41,321 bases of DNA, taken from positions 1 through 41,321 of IMG/VR virus record IMGVR_UViG_3300009149_000092; one strand, written 5' to 3'. Origin of the DNA: a virus (taxonomy: Duplodnaviria; Caudoviricetes). A program made the translations under genes and the position numbers. The notes beneath the pieces are model-generated. The model ran no database searches. It was not told where the DNA came from and saw only the letters and a list, made by a program, of their open reading frames with translations. Each line of letters opens with the position of its first letter. Within the stretch, counting starts at the first letter, position 1. This document shows, one piece after another, positions 18,069 to 28,308 of the stretch.

Positions 18069-19799
18069 TTATTCCCCTTTTTGATTAGAAATTACGGATT
18101 TATTACTCTTTCTGGCAGTTTTCACTACTCCACTATCCCCTTGGTTACACCCACCGTTCTCAGCTTCTTTGTTGTTATTTAACTTAGTACAATCATCGAT
18201 ATCAACGAACCGTCCGTCTGGCCAGCCTGTGTCATCTATGTTACTAACCTCAGCTAGAGCGTCCTTAATAGTCTCGTGAATATATGATTCACCAGTACCG
18301 ACTTCTTGTCCTTTATCTTGCAATACGTTAGGGTATTTAGCTGCCATCTCATCTACCTTCTTAATGATGAATGTGGCCACATTACTAATCAACTCTAAGT
18401 TAGCTAGAATCTTATCCTTATTAGCCTTCCATAACACCAAGTACGTTGGGTGATGGGTTACTGGTAATCCGTAATGCTTTAATACTGTATACGATACACT
18501 TTCAGCCTGTAGTTCATACAACGCTGTGTCTCTCGTAAACACCTTCTTCAGTTCGTCACCATCATCTCCGTGTTGGTAGTATGGGGAAGACGTCTTCCAG
18601 TGCATTAGTTCATGAGCAAATTCGTGAGCCAATGTGGACGCCTCACCAGCACCTTTAACATCAGAACTTAAATTAATATGACCACCAGCGCTGAATCCTC
18701 TTTCACCACCTTTAGCGTCATCATTCGTCACATTAATACCCATATTCTCAATGGCGTACTTAAGGTATTCTACTAGTTCGGACGCTATTTCACTTTCATC
18801 GTCACCACCATACCATTTAGGACTCTCTGGGATTGCCCCTTCTTTCTCATCTAATGCGTATGTGTCAGCGATGTCAAAAACGTTAACGCCTTTGTATCTT
18901 CCTGTGAATACTTCTAGAGGAACTTTAGCCATTTTACCAGTCTTCGGGTTCTTCTTTAAAATATATTCACCAGCCTTATCTTTCTTGTATTGTCCAGGAA
19001 TTCGTTTCATAACTGGGGCTAGAATTGAGATTGGTTTACTACCTCTCTTAACAGCCCTACTGAAGTTACTTTGCCACGTCCTAAAACCAGCTACGTGTGT
19101 AGCTGATGGGTTCTGAATGTAAATTAACATTCTGTTATGTAGTGTATACTTATGAAACTTAGTAAAGAAGCTCAAATATCTTCGTATTTCAGAAGATAGT
19201 GCCGCCTCATCAGTTATATTAGCCAAATCCCTAACGTAGTCATTGATTTTGTCTTTAATATTCTGTCCCGCATCTGGAATGTTATCCACTACGAATTCTT
19301 CTAGGTCTTTTAAGTCACCTATAATCTCTTTAGCCTTTTCTCTAGCCTTACTAACCCTAGCCGACTTAGTTTCTTCGTCACCATAACTTCTGTACTTACT
19401 AGTGGTCGCTTTCTCTATATCGTTTGCCAATTTATCATTTGCCTTAGCAATTGTTGTCTTAGCTTTTTCAAATTGACTATCTTCAATTGACCATGCTCGA
19501 CCATCCCACTTAAATCCGTCCTTCTTGAGTACGTCCTTAATCATGAATGTGTCTTGTGAATTGAATTGTGCGTCACCTTCATCAGAGACTGCCGATAGTC
19601 TACCAGTCTCCTTGTCGTGTTGTAGGTTAAGTGCCATCTCCATAATACCACCATTCACCTTACTTCCGTCATGCCCAAATACATCAAAATTCTGCTTTGT
19701 GCCGCCACCTAGATTCTTACCGTCTTTACCTTTAGCAAATCCTGGAGCGTCATACGCACCAACACTGGTTCCACCACCATAACTTGTAGATTCGTCCGT
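18069..19799 (-). CDS. ArdC-like ssDNA-binding domain + zincin metallopeptidase; in-frame continuation of 19800..21089
   Basis: FHKYTLHNRMLIYIQNPSATHVAGFRTW...RAVKRGSKPISILAP, VFDIADT, AHEFAHELMH, ELQAESVSY; frame is open back to the TAG at 19800-19802. Confidence 0.8.
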   Translation of the reverse strand, partial: TDESTSYGGGTSVGAYDAPGFAKGKDGKNLGGGTKQNFDVFGHDGSKVNGGIMEMALNLQHDKETGRLSAVSDEGDAQFNSQDTFMIKDVLKKDGFKWDGRAWSIEDSQFEKAKTTIAKANDKLANDIEKATTSKYRSYGDEETKSARVSKAREKAKEIIGDLKDLEEFVVDNIPDAGQNIKDKINDYVRDLANITDEAALSSEIRRYLSFFTKFHKYTLHNRMLIYIQNPSATHVAGFRTWQSNFSRAVKRGSKPISILAPVMKRIPGQYKKDKAGEYILKKNPKTGKMAKVPLEVFTGRYKGVNVFDIADTYALDEKEGAIPESPKWYGGDDESEIASELVEYLKYAIENMGINVTNDDAKGGERGFSAGGHINLSSDVKGAGEASTLAHEFAHELMHWKTSSPYYQHGDDGDELKKVFTRDTALYELQAESVSYTVLKHYGLPVTHHPTYLVLWKANKDKILANLELISNVATFIIKKVDEMAAKYPNVLQDKGQEVGTGESYIHETIKDALAEVSNIDDTGWPDGRFVDIDDCTKLNNNKEAENGGCNQGDSGVVKTARKSNKSVISNQKGE

Positions 19800-21089
19800 C
19801 TATGTTGCCATCCTAACCAAGATGTCACTAATAGTATTTAGATTATCGTGGTATACTTCTGGAAACGCCTTAAATGCTGAAATAGCATGAGTTTCATCCA
19901 CCGCATACATAAGACTTACCTTATGGTTTTGATTATTATATCGAAATAATAAATGACTCTCGCTTAGTTCACCTTCTTTGTCTTTAAGTCCCACCATGAA
20001 TATAGTGTTACCTTCAGTTGTTACGAATTTGTCTACTATTCCGTCTACTCGATAGTATTCAGTGTTAGTGCCAACCTCAAGACCTTTAAGTTCTTCAGTG
20101 TTAGTTACCGCATCTGTTATTATACCTTCCTCGTTATCCGCTACTTGATTGCTTGGTGATAGTTCATCATTAAACTCATCGCTTGGTGAGCCACCGAACG
20201 CACCTACAAAGGCACCGCTAGATGGTGCACCTGTAGACTCAGCCGAACCCCACTTCTTAAGCGTATCTCCTTTAGCTTGGTTATACTCACCTCTCCATTG
20301 TTGGAATGTTGGGTTCAGTACTTCTATATTTCTTCCGTTTAATGAGAATATCGGCATTTCACCGAATCTCTTAACAAAGTCCTTAACATATCCCTCCTCA
20401 GCTATCTTTACTCCTTTCCTAGTCTCAAACTCTCTACCCGTAAAGAACTCTTTTTCGTGTACAATTGTACTTGCATCGGCAGCACCTAAACTAGGAATTC
20501 GATATTCCTTTCTAGCGCCCCAATCTACCTCAGCTCTGGTAGCTGGCAAGTCTAATAAAGGTATAAGTTCCTCAGCACTAAGTTGTACCCCAGCACCATC
20601 AGTTTCTACAACCCCTTCAGCAGCACCTGCTTGTTTAGGTCCTAATAATGTCCTAAGTACGGACTTTAATCCTCTACCTAGCGCTTTTACTTTGTCAGTG
20701 TATGGTAATTTAAAGAATACGTAACCCCATAATCCAGCATCAGCTAGTGCGCTGAACATTTCACCTCTAGTAATACCCATATCTCTCCAAATCCTATCTA
20801 GACCGTCTTGAGTCGGGTCATTAAGTGTTGTAAGCATGGTTTCTACGATAGAACGTACGAATTCTAGTAGCTCAACGCTACCATATTCGTTAATAAGTGT
20901 TTCTTCGAATTTAAGGTTATTAAGTCCGTCACCCCTTTGGGCTTCCTTCTTAAAATTGTTGGTTACTGCCTTACCACCTAGGGACTCTTTAATCATCTCT
21001 AATTGTGATTGAGTGATTTTAAGTTTCTTCTTACTTAGTTTGCTGTATATTGCCTCAGCTTGAGCTTCAGTGATTTTGATTTTCTTCAT
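19800..21089 (-). CDS. putative virion protein, N-terminal part of a ~1006-codon frame interrupted by one TAG
   Basis: MKKIKITEAQ / KLKITQSQL repeats; same frame as 18069..19658. Confidence 0.75.
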   Translation of the reverse strand: MKKIKITEAQAEAIYSKLSKKKLKITQSQLEMIKESLGGKAVTNNFKKEAQRGDGLNNLKFEETLINEYGSVELLEFVRSIVETMLTTLNDPTQDGLDRIWRDMGITRGEMFSALADAGLWGYVFFKLPYTDKVKALGRGLKSVLRTLLGPKQAGAAEGVVETDGAGVQLSAEELIPLLDLPATRAEVDWGARKEYRIPSLGAADASTIVHEKEFFTGREFETRKGVKIAEEGYVKDFVKRFGEMPIFSLNGRNIEVLNPTFQQWRGEYNQAKGDTLKKWGSAESTGAPSSGAFVGAFGGSPSDEFNDELSPSNQVADNEEGIITDAVTNTEELKGLEVGTNTEYYRVDGIVDKFVTTEGNTIFMVGLKDKEGELSESHLLFRYNNQNHKVSLMYAVDETHAISAFKAFPEVYHDNLNTISDILVRMAT

Positions 21090-21343
21090 TATGACGCTCT
21101 GTTCTTTAGTCCTGACTTCCAGAAGTTTCTCTTAACCCATAGTGCCTTATGAAATTGTGTTAGAACGTTCTTCGTTATATCAACGACCATATCTTCTAAC
21201 TCTCTATTGTTCTTAAGATTATTCTTGATAATCTTTTCTATTTTTTGGTCTAACTCTTTTGAGGACATGACATGAGTTTTCATCTCAGACTTATCCGCTT
21301 TAGTTAATTCCTCATGTATACGTTCTCTAATTGAATTGTCCAT
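21089..21343 (-). CDS. hypothetical protein
   Basis: 84-aa ORF, TATTTAT motif at 21363-21369. Confidence 0.75.
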   Translation of the reverse strand: MDNSIRERIHEELTKADKSEMKTHVMSSKELDQKIEKIIKNNLKNNRELEDMVVDITKNVLTQFHKALWVKRNFWKSGLKNRAS

Positions 21344-21383
21344 ATGAAATAGTTATTCTCATATAAATATAGCTCTAAACCAT

Positions 21384-21407
21384 AAAAAAAGCACCCAAAG
21401 GTGCTTT
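21384..21407 (-). terminator. intrinsic terminator
   Basis: AAAGCACC-loop-GGTGC followed by T7 on the minus strand. Confidence 0.7.
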
Positions 21408-21433
21408 ATACTTCTTATGGATTTACTCTGACA

Positions 21434-21973
21434 TTATCTACTCATTAAAACTCCTATGATTACCCCCAATAGTAGGCCACCTAATGCACCCCCACCTATA
21501 CCTAGACCTTTCTTTAATTTCTCCTTCTTAATTGCCTTCTTAGCCTCCTCAATGGTCATATCCTTATACCCAGTTATCTCTTCTAGATTATCTAACCTAT
21601 CTTCAAGGTTTTTAATCTGGCCCTCCGATGCGTTATTCTTAGATTGTAACTTCTTTATCTTCCCTATGTTCAGGAAGATGGCATGGTTGTGTAACGCAGC
21701 TTCACGAACATATTGTGGTAGTACGCTATCAACTATTAGCTCATAATCCAATAGGTCTGTTAAGAATATCTTCGCATCCTCTATATGCATGTGAAGATAC
21801 ATATCTCCGTTAGCATCCGAAGTGGCAATTATGGTACCTCTTGGAATACTATCCATGTAAGTTAAATTATGTTCCTTACGGTGTTCCCCTCTTAGTTCTA
21901 CGTTGGAGGTATCTTGTGAATTCCCCAGCAACGGAATCATTAGGAAGCTCACCAACAAAATTAGGTATTCCAT
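21434..21973 (-). CDS. signal peptide, coiled coil and C-terminal TM protein (spanin-like?)
   Basis: N-terminal hydrophobic leader, Gly-rich C-terminal helix, overlaps the upstream gene by 98 nt. Confidence 0.6.
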   Translation of the reverse strand: MEYLILLVSFLMIPLLGNSQDTSNVELRGEHRKEHNLTYMDSIPRGTIIATSDANGDMYLHMHIEDAKIFLTDLLDYELIVDSVLPQYVREAALHNHAIFLNIGKIKKLQSKNNASEGQIKNLEDRLDNLEEITGYKDMTIEEAKKAIKKEKLKKGLGIGGGALGGLLLGVIIGVLMSR

Positions 21974-22262
21974 CTCTTAATCCATTTAATCTTTTAATCT
22001 CAGCGTTACTGATTAGTAACTCTTTCGAAACTTTAGTTAGGTCTTCATCGTATTTGGCGATATCTTCATCATATCCATCCTTAATACCACTTAACTCTTC
22101 GTTTTTCTCCTCTAATCCTATGTTAATAGTAGTTAGAGTAGCAATTTCGGCATCGTACTCTTCGATTGGTTTGGTTCTACCAAACACTATGAATAATATC
22201 AATACCACTACCAATAAAACATTACCAATAATTGACCCTATTACGAGTTTATTAGTACCCAT
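21876..22262 (-). CDS. N-terminal TM + coiled-coil protein (i-spanin-like?)
   Basis: LVIGSIIGNVLLVVVLILFIVF followed by a heptad-rich region; start re-called at 22262. Confidence 0.6.
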   Translation of the reverse strand: MGTNKLVIGSIIGNVLLVVVLILFIVFGRTKPIEEYDAEIATLTTINIGLEEKNEELSGIKDGYDEDIAKYDEDLTKVSKELLISNAEIKRLNGLRDGIPNFVGELPNDSVAGEFTRYLQRRTKRGTP

Positions 22263-22815
22263 CCCTTCTTGGCTTGTAATCTGTTCTAAGTTTTTTTGCC
22301 CACTCATCTGACCAGTTATTAGCGTATTTCTTTAGGTTGTATACCATCTCCATATCCCTATCTTCTAGTTCTAGGTTATCGGCTTTGATAACAACATCAT
22401 CATTCTTGGATAGTCTCCATTTAATGCCCTTACCCATTTGCCCAGTCCACACAACGTTGTTGTCATGAGGATAAATCTTAAATGTAGAGCTACCATCTTC
22501 ATTAACATCAAATATTACATCTTGGGTTACGTGCTCACCGAACGCATCCTCTTCTGACTTTAATTCTGCACCAGATAATGTGATAGCATCCTCCTTTTGT
22601 GAATTAGCGTCTGGTGTAGATACGGCACCCATAGTATCTTGTTGACCAAGGTCTTCATTTAGCGTTTTAAGCATAGACTTTGTTTGGTCGTACTCAGTAA
22701 GAACTGTTTCATCCGTTTCTTGCTTAACACCTTCAGTCATAAATCTAAGCATGTCCTTTGTTTGGTCGTGCTCATTGATTATGGACTCATTTCGTTTCGT
22801 TCTTGTATATTTCAT
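22252..22815 (-). CDS. hypothetical protein (start re-called at 22815)
   Basis: ATGA overlap with the stop of the extended amidase-like frame; internal repeat EHDQTKDML/EYDQTKSML. Confidence 0.7.
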   Translation of the reverse strand: MKYTRTKRNESIINEHDQTKDMLRFMTEGVKQETDETVLTEYDQTKSMLKTLNEDLGQQDTMGAVSTPDANSQKEDAITLSGAELKSEEDAFGEHVTQDVIFDVNEDGSSTFKIYPHDNNVVWTGQMGKGIKWRLSKNDDVVIKADNLELEDRDMEMVYNLKKYANNWSDEWAKKLRTDYKPRRDGY

Positions 22816-23432
22816 ACTGTCTCTTTTATTGTAAATAAGGTGAAATCCCACGCTGGTGATAAATCACAATAATATTTATCGAAATTACTCCGATACATAA
22901 TACCTTTAAAGGCTTCAGGAGAGTCTATCTTAATATTAGATGGAGCCGAATCCCTTTCAATGTCGAAAGTCTCGCAGAGGGCTTCTATGAGGCTTACAGC
23001 ACTCTTTTTCTGCTCTTCTGTGTACGGCTCCCAATATCTATAGCCTCTCTATCTCTTCTCAAACACCTCTTCACCATTATAAATATCTCTCAACCACGTA
23101 ATAAACCCAGTTTCTGGGTTTTCCATCTTGAGATGACCGTAATTAACCAACGATATAGGTATTATCCTTTCATCCACATTCTTATTGAATATTTTGGAAT
23201 GGTACTTTGGGTCATAATGTTGATGGATGGTGCCATCTCTATCAATGGTGAACGCACTGGTATATTTGTGCTGTCCATCCATTCTATTCTTCCACCCCGT
23301 AACATGTGCCATACCCGAATTAAGGGTATTCATCAATACTATCTTATCTTTAGGGGTTTCTAACTTCACATAGTTAGTCTCTCTCAACTTGTAATCCTCT
23401 CTGTTTATCTCCATGAACCTTTCTTGTGCCAT
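22812..23432 (-). pseudogene. amidase-fold protein with one in-frame TAG at 23049-23051
   Basis: ...EVFEKR*RGYRYWEPYTEEQKKSAVSLIEALC...DLSPAWDF...; the second half parallels endolysin FNGYYYYHKYTDAQVQSL; Zn-ligand His residues appear absent. Confidence 0.75.
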
Positions 23433-24607
23433 ATTTTCTTATCCTCCTCAGCTTTAGGTTCCTCTTCAAGAACTTTAGGTTCAGGAATCTTAACTGAGAA
23501 CCCTCTATCATCACCTCTTAGCATTGGGATGTCGTCCTCATCGATTTTACCCTTAGCAACGACACCTTTAGTCGGTTGTGCTACTGGTTCCTCCTCTTTA
23601 ATCTCTTCTTCGATAATAGGCTCTTCAACCTCTATAACATCCAACACCTCTTCTTCGATAATAGGCTCTTCAACAACCTCTACCTCTTCTAATACTTCGA
23701 CTATCGGAACTTCTTGCACCTTTGGCTTTCGTTTAGGTATCCACGATTTTATCTTGTCTATTGTAATCCACGGCTTCCGTTCCTTTTTCACCTTTTTAGG
23801 TTTCTCTTCCACTACCTCTTCTTTCTCCATTTCCAATATCTTATTACCCAATATTAGTAACGTCACAGCCATAGGGTCAAAAACTACCATGATTATAATA
23901 ATCAACCAGTTTACAACATTATTCATCGGCATACCTGTTATCTCAGATAAGTACTTAAGTGGCCCTAGCTCGGCAGTAACCTCACTGGTAGACTTAATCT
24001 CCAATATCTTACGTTGGTATACAATTGATGAGTCGGATAGCTCAACGTTTTTCACCATTAACACGTCTATATCATCATTAAGCTTCTGAATCTCCTTATT
24101 AGCTTCAGCTATATCCTTCCTAACCCTATTAGCATTAGTAATATAGTTCTTAGCCAATAGAGAGTCAAGTCTTACTTCTTGATTGTTTCTAAGGTTAGTC
24201 AGAGTAGAAGCTCTTTTATTCTTATTATCGATTATACTAGTGTTTCCTAGTTTTCTGTTATCAAATGTCGCCTTTTTATCCTCAAATATCCCGATTTCAC
24301 TACTCTCTATGACAAACTTATCGGCTGTCTTCTGATAACCATCTGACAAGAACCCATAGATATCCATTGACGTTAGGGAGATTAAGAAAATAACCCCAAC
24401 CGTTAAATAGAACTTCATAAGTCCATGTAGTTTATCCCAATATCGATGTAATGCGCTGGCACCTACTAATTTGGCGAATTCAAGCCCACCGACAATCACT
24501 AACATGACCGTTCCAGCTCCAGCGAATAGCGAACCTAGTCCAACTACGGACACAAAGGCGGCACATCCAGCTAAAATGAAGGCTGCTAACCATACTAAAT
24601 ATTTCAT
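23405..24607 (-). CDS. multi-TM membrane protein with coiled coil and acidic repeat tail
   Basis: SVVGLGSLFAGA, LEFAKLV, TSMDIYGFLS, ELGPLKYLS, VFDPMAV. Confidence 0.8.
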   Translation of the reverse strand: MKYLVWLAAFILAGCAAFVSVVGLGSLFAGAGTVMLVIVGGLEFAKLVGASALHRYWDKLHGLMKFYLTVGVIFLISLTSMDIYGFLSDGYQKTADKFVIESSEIGIFEDKKATFDNRKLGNTSIIDNKNKRASTLTNLRNNQEVRLDSLLAKNYITNANRVRKDIAEANKEIQKLNDDIDVLMVKNVELSDSSIVYQRKILEIKSTSEVTAELGPLKYLSEITGMPMNNVVNWLIIIIMVVFDPMAVTLLILGNKILEMEKEEVVEEKPKKVKKERKPWITIDKIKSWIPKRKPKVQEVPIVEVLEEVEVVEEPIIEEEVLDVIEVEEPIIEEEIKEEEPVAQPTKGVVAKGKIDEDDIPMLRGDDRGFSVKIPEPKVLEEEPKAEEDKKIWHKKGSWR

Positions 24608-24629
24608 ATCGTTTTTTTTTATAAATATA

Positions 24630-25478
24630 TTATTCAGTCATTGCCGCAACCAAACCTTGTGAATTATGTCGCAATTTCTTAATAGCAATCTCCTTTATTT
24701 GTCTAACACGCTCCTTAGTTAAGTCATATCTGTCACCAACACCTTCCAGTGTCATAGGCTCACATCCAGTACCTATACCGTAGTAACATCGTACTATATC
24801 TCGCTCTCGTTCATCTAGAACTTGCATAGTCTCATCTAATTGCATCTTCAATTTTGAATCTATCGCTAATGCTGATTCTTCTTCACTTTCGTTTAGGTCG
24901 TGTGATAACATATCTGCACGTTCATACCCCTCATCATCCCAACTCTTCTCATTTAGAGAGATTGAAGTGCTAGCGTTTAGATTAAAGTCGTATGTGTCAC
25001 CTTCATCGTTCAGTATCTCACCAAATACTGGCGCCCTCTCGTTACTCTGTTCGAAACTATCCAACTGAGACTTTAGGGTTGAAATCTTATTGATAACATT
25101 GACTGGTAATCTTACAGTTCTAGAATTGTCGTTAAGTGATTGTAAGATAGATTGTCGAATCCACCATACTGCATAGGAGATGAATCTAAACCCTCTTGTT
25201 GGGTCGAACTTCCTAGCCGCTTTGATCAATCCGTAATTTCCTTCTGATATTAAGTCACTAAGTGCTAATCCACTTCCCTGATATTCTTTAGCTACGGAGA
25301 CCACGAACTTCAAATTCGCTACCGTTAAATCTCTTATCGCATCCTCATCACCATACTTGACTCTCAATGCTAATTCATGCTCTTCATCTTTAGTTAATAA
25401 TTCCGTTTTTCGGACATCTTTAAAGTAAGCTGTTAGAGTCTTATCCTCTTCATAATTAATGTACTTTTGTCGTTTCAT
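24630..25478 (-). CDS. RNA polymerase sigma-70 factor (RpoD/SigA-like, no region 1.1)
   Basis: ANLKFVVSVAKEY, DLISEGNYGLIKAARKFDPTRGFRFISYAVWWIRQSI, LTKERVRQIKE. Confidence 0.95.
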   Translation of the reverse strand: MKRQKYINYEEDKTLTAYFKDVRKTELLTKDEEHELALRVKYGDEDAIRDLTVANLKFVVSVAKEYQGSGLALSDLISEGNYGLIKAARKFDPTRGFRFISYAVWWIRQSILQSLNDNSRTVRLPVNVINKISTLKSQLDSFEQSNERAPVFGEILNDEGDTYDFNLNASTSISLNEKSWDDEGYERADMLSHDLNESEEESALAIDSKLKMQLDETMQVLDERERDIVRCYYGIGTGCEPMTLEGVGDRYDLTKERVRQIKEIAIKKLRHNSQGLVAAMTE

Positions 25479-25550
25479 TTGTGTTCAATTTCTAATGTAA
25501 AATGTTATGTTTCTCTCCTATATAAATATCTGGAAATAACTGAAAGTCAG

Positions 25551-27794
25551 TTAATTAAGGTCTATTTTGGAGATATCTTCCACTTTACTTATGGTAATAA
25601 TTTGCTCTGACCAATCCTTCGCTAAATCATCGTGAGTTATAACAAATACCTTGTCATACATGTCTTTTACTTTATCAAAAAGCGGCCTCATTTGTGGTAT
25701 ATTTTCTGGCGCTACTTTATCTAGAACCTCATCAAACGTAATGAAGTTTGGCATTGGGAGAGTTGAGACAACTCCTAGTACGGTTCTTAGTGCTACCCCA
25801 GCTACAGTTTTTTCAAATCCTGATACACCAGTAAGTAAGCCTTCTACTTCATTTTTAATTATTAGTAGGTGGACTTCATTTTTATCATCCATTCTAACTT
25901 CTATGTCGAAATCGCAAACCCCTTCTAATAAACGCTCCAATTCAGAGTTGATTATTGGGAGTACTGACCTCAAGACTATTTTAGAAACCCCTTTCTTACC
26001 AACCATATTGATATAGACTTTAAACAGTCGTTCTACCTTAGCTTCTGTACTCATTACGACTAATAATTCGTTGATTCTCTTAACGTTAGCAGTTAGATTG
26101 CTAATTTCGTTATTAATCATCTGAATCTTCTTGATAGTCTCATCTTTCTGGTAGTTTTTAGCTTGGGTATCGGAATTAATTAAATCCAACTTAGATTCAA
26201 CCCCCTTATTGAACTCGATAGATTTGATATTTTCTTCGTACTCCTTCTGAGTGTTTAGAGCTTCTCTAAGTTTATTCCTATGGGCTTCTAATTTAAGTTT
26301 GATTCTCCCTATCTCTAGTTCTAATCTTTGTTTCCTATCTAATTCTTCTTTTACACCTTTGAACGCATTTACTTGGTCGAATAACGATTTTTCCTCTTCG
26401 GCTAATACTGTCACTTCCTTTGATAAGGATACGCCTTTTTGAGTTAAATCCCCAATATGGTCTTCGTGGTTAACATCGTCTAGTGGTCTATCGCATGAGG
26501 GACATATACCTGCCTTCTTCAATATACCTATTTCGCTTCTAAGTCGCTCAATCTCAGCCTTCTTAATCGCTATTGTCGTTTTAACTTCGTTAAGAGAATC
26601 GTTAGTTCTCTTTTCTTTATATTCGTCAAAGTCTACTTCACCAATACTAGCCAATGATTCGGCTAATTCGTCCAAGTCGGTTTTAATTTTCTTACCGCCT
26701 CTGGTAATCTCGTCTATATTGGCCTGTAAGGTAATTGGGTTGGTAAGAACTAATCGTTCATCAACCTTCTCCTTGCTATTTAATAATTCAGTTTTTTTCG
26801 CGTCTAGTATTGCTAGTTCGGTAGTTACTTCCGCTAACTTAGTATTAGCATTGACTAATAGTTCGGCAGTTAGCTCAAGTTTAGCTTCGTCTTGAGCTAT
26901 CTCGTCCGAAAGTTCTACGTTATTATAGATGTTGGATTTCATAGTCTTAGCGTATTTCGTGTACATTTCCCTAGCTAAGGTTTCTTTTAATTCCATAATT
27001 TCCAAACCTATAAGCTTGGTGAATATCTTACCGCTTTGACCAACAGGCATGTCGATAATATTATCCAAATTTTTACCTGTGGCCAAAGTTACTATATCAA
27101 AATCTTCCACCGTTCCGACTACCGTACGAATCTTCTTAGTTGTTACGGCAGCATCTTCTTCATTTAATAAATCTTCTTCACCATCTGGTAATATACGATA
27201 ATACTTTAACGAATTAACTACAGTCCACTCACCACCTTTTTTGGCTCTTCTAGTTAAGATTCTCTCAATGATAATTTCATCATCCCCCTCAATCTTCAAT
27301 AACCCTCTAACGGTTAAAGTATTCTTATCTCTATATTTATGAAATAGTTGTTCGTTCTTCTTATATTTACTCGTCACCCCGAATAGTAAAAACTTCATAG
27401 TATCTATTAATAATACCGTATTATGAGATACAATTCCGTTAGTATAATACTGATGAACTTCGTCTACTTGTATATCATATAAAGTATCTTTAAAGTCTTG
27501 TAATTCTACCGATTTTACTTTAGATGTTTCACCACCAATAATTTGGATAGTTTCTCCAACCTCAAGTTCTTTTAATACTACGAATCCTCCGTCTTCTTTT
27601 TTTAATCTGTGGTAATCAGCACCCTCAACGTATTTACCATCTTCTAATTCACATCTATAAACATCAGCATTCTCTTCCGTGATTCCACACCAACTTATAT
27701 TATAATACCCATACGGAGTTTCGATTTTAAATCCCAAATCACCATATTTTTCATAAATATCGTTTAGTTTACCTATTTCCAATTCTTTAATCAT
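25551..27794 (-). CDS. sbcC: SbcC/Rad50 (gp46-like) C-terminal fragment preceded by a 125-aa C-intein
   Basis: ...LYDIQVDEVHQYYTNGIVSHN|TVLLID; coiled coil; Zn hook CPSC; signature SGFE; Walker B FITFDE; H-loop VITH. Confidence 0.92.
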   Translation of the reverse strand: MIKELEIGKLNDIYEKYGDLGFKIETPYGYYNISWCGITEENADVYRCELEDGKYVEGADYHRLKKEDGGFVVLKELEVGETIQIIGGETSKVKSVELQDFKDTLYDIQVDEVHQYYTNGIVSHNTVLLIDTMKFLLFGVTSKYKKNEQLFHKYRDKNTLTVRGLLKIEGDDEIIIERILTRRAKKGGEWTVVNSLKYYRILPDGEEDLLNEEDAAVTTKKIRTVVGTVEDFDIVTLATGKNLDNIIDMPVGQSGKIFTKLIGLEIMELKETLAREMYTKYAKTMKSNIYNNVELSDEIAQDEAKLELTAELLVNANTKLAEVTTELAILDAKKTELLNSKEKVDERLVLTNPITLQANIDEITRGGKKIKTDLDELAESLASIGEVDFDEYKEKRTNDSLNEVKTTIAIKKAEIERLRSEIGILKKAGICPSCDRPLDDVNHEDHIGDLTQKGVSLSKEVTVLAEEEKSLFDQVNAFKGVKEELDRKQRLELEIGRIKLKLEAHRNKLREALNTQKEYEENIKSIEFNKGVESKLDLINSDTQAKNYQKDETIKKIQMINNEISNLTANVKRINELLVVMSTEAKVERLFKVYINMVGKKGVSKIVLRSVLPIINSELERLLEGVCDFDIEVRMDDKNEVHLLIIKNEVEGLLTGVSGFEKTVAGVALRTVLGVVSTLPMPNFITFDEVLDKVAPENIPQMRPLFDKVKDMYDKVFVITHDDLAKDWSEQIITISKVEDISKIDLN
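27420..27794 (-). mobile_element. split intein C-fragment (IntC)
   Basis: Block B-like VEGADYHRL, block F LYDIQV, block G SHN followed by Thr+1. Confidence 0.88.
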
Positions 27795-27795
27795 C

Positions 27796-28308
27796 TTATT
27801 GTAATTTAAACCAATCTCTAATTATACTGTTAGGGGAATACCATTCGTTAATGAATTTATCGGTTGTAACACCGAAATTTTCAGCAAAGCTCGTAACAGT
27901 ACCATTATCACCAACTCTATAAATGTAAAAGGGGGTGAAACAATCTAGTTTAATCGTTAAACGAGTATTTTTATTAACATTGTATTTATTTTCCACAAAT
28001 TTAACTAACTCTTTAGCATCTAGGTCACGAACATAATTCTCAGAATTTATTAGTTTTGAAAGTTCACTTAAAAGATTATTAATAAAGTCACCATTAAAAT
28101 CTAAACTACTATTTAATTTTAAAATATTACGTAAAACTGGGAACGATACAATGTTAATATACTCATCAAGCTCCCGACCATCATTTAACGCCTTACTCAT
28201 ATACTCAAAACCGTGAGCCAGTTTATATCTATCTTCTTCGGATAACCCGTCTAAAAACCCATAATGTACCCATTTATCTACCATTTCTTTATTTTTCATA
28301 TCGTTCAC
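27796..28308 (-). CDS. hypothetical passenger protein inside the fractured sbcC locus
   Basis: 170-aa ORF coupled to the endonuclease and to IntC-sbcC. Confidence 0.7.
   Translation of the reverse strand: MNDMKNKEMVDKWVHYGFLDGLSEEDRYKLAHGFEYMSKALNDGRELDEYINIVSFPVLRNILKLNSSLDFNGDFINNLLSELSKLINSENYVRDLDAKELVKFVENKYNVNKNTRLTIKLDCFTPFYIYRVGDNGTVTSFAENFGVTTDKFINEWYSPNSIIRDWFKLQ

Noticed and set aside
19800-23051. Genome-wide TAG reassignment (code 15)
   Set aside because: Long genes are open under code 11 and TAG ends RuvC and the 5263 scar at positions matching their TAA-ending counterparts; only two internal TAGs were seen.
20149-24089. Long plus-strand ORFs (e.g. 20149..20724, 21841..22311, 23424..24089) and similar short antisense ORFs in the track
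   Set aside because: Ser/Leu/Phe-rich shadows of acidic minus-strand genes, without promoters or motifs.
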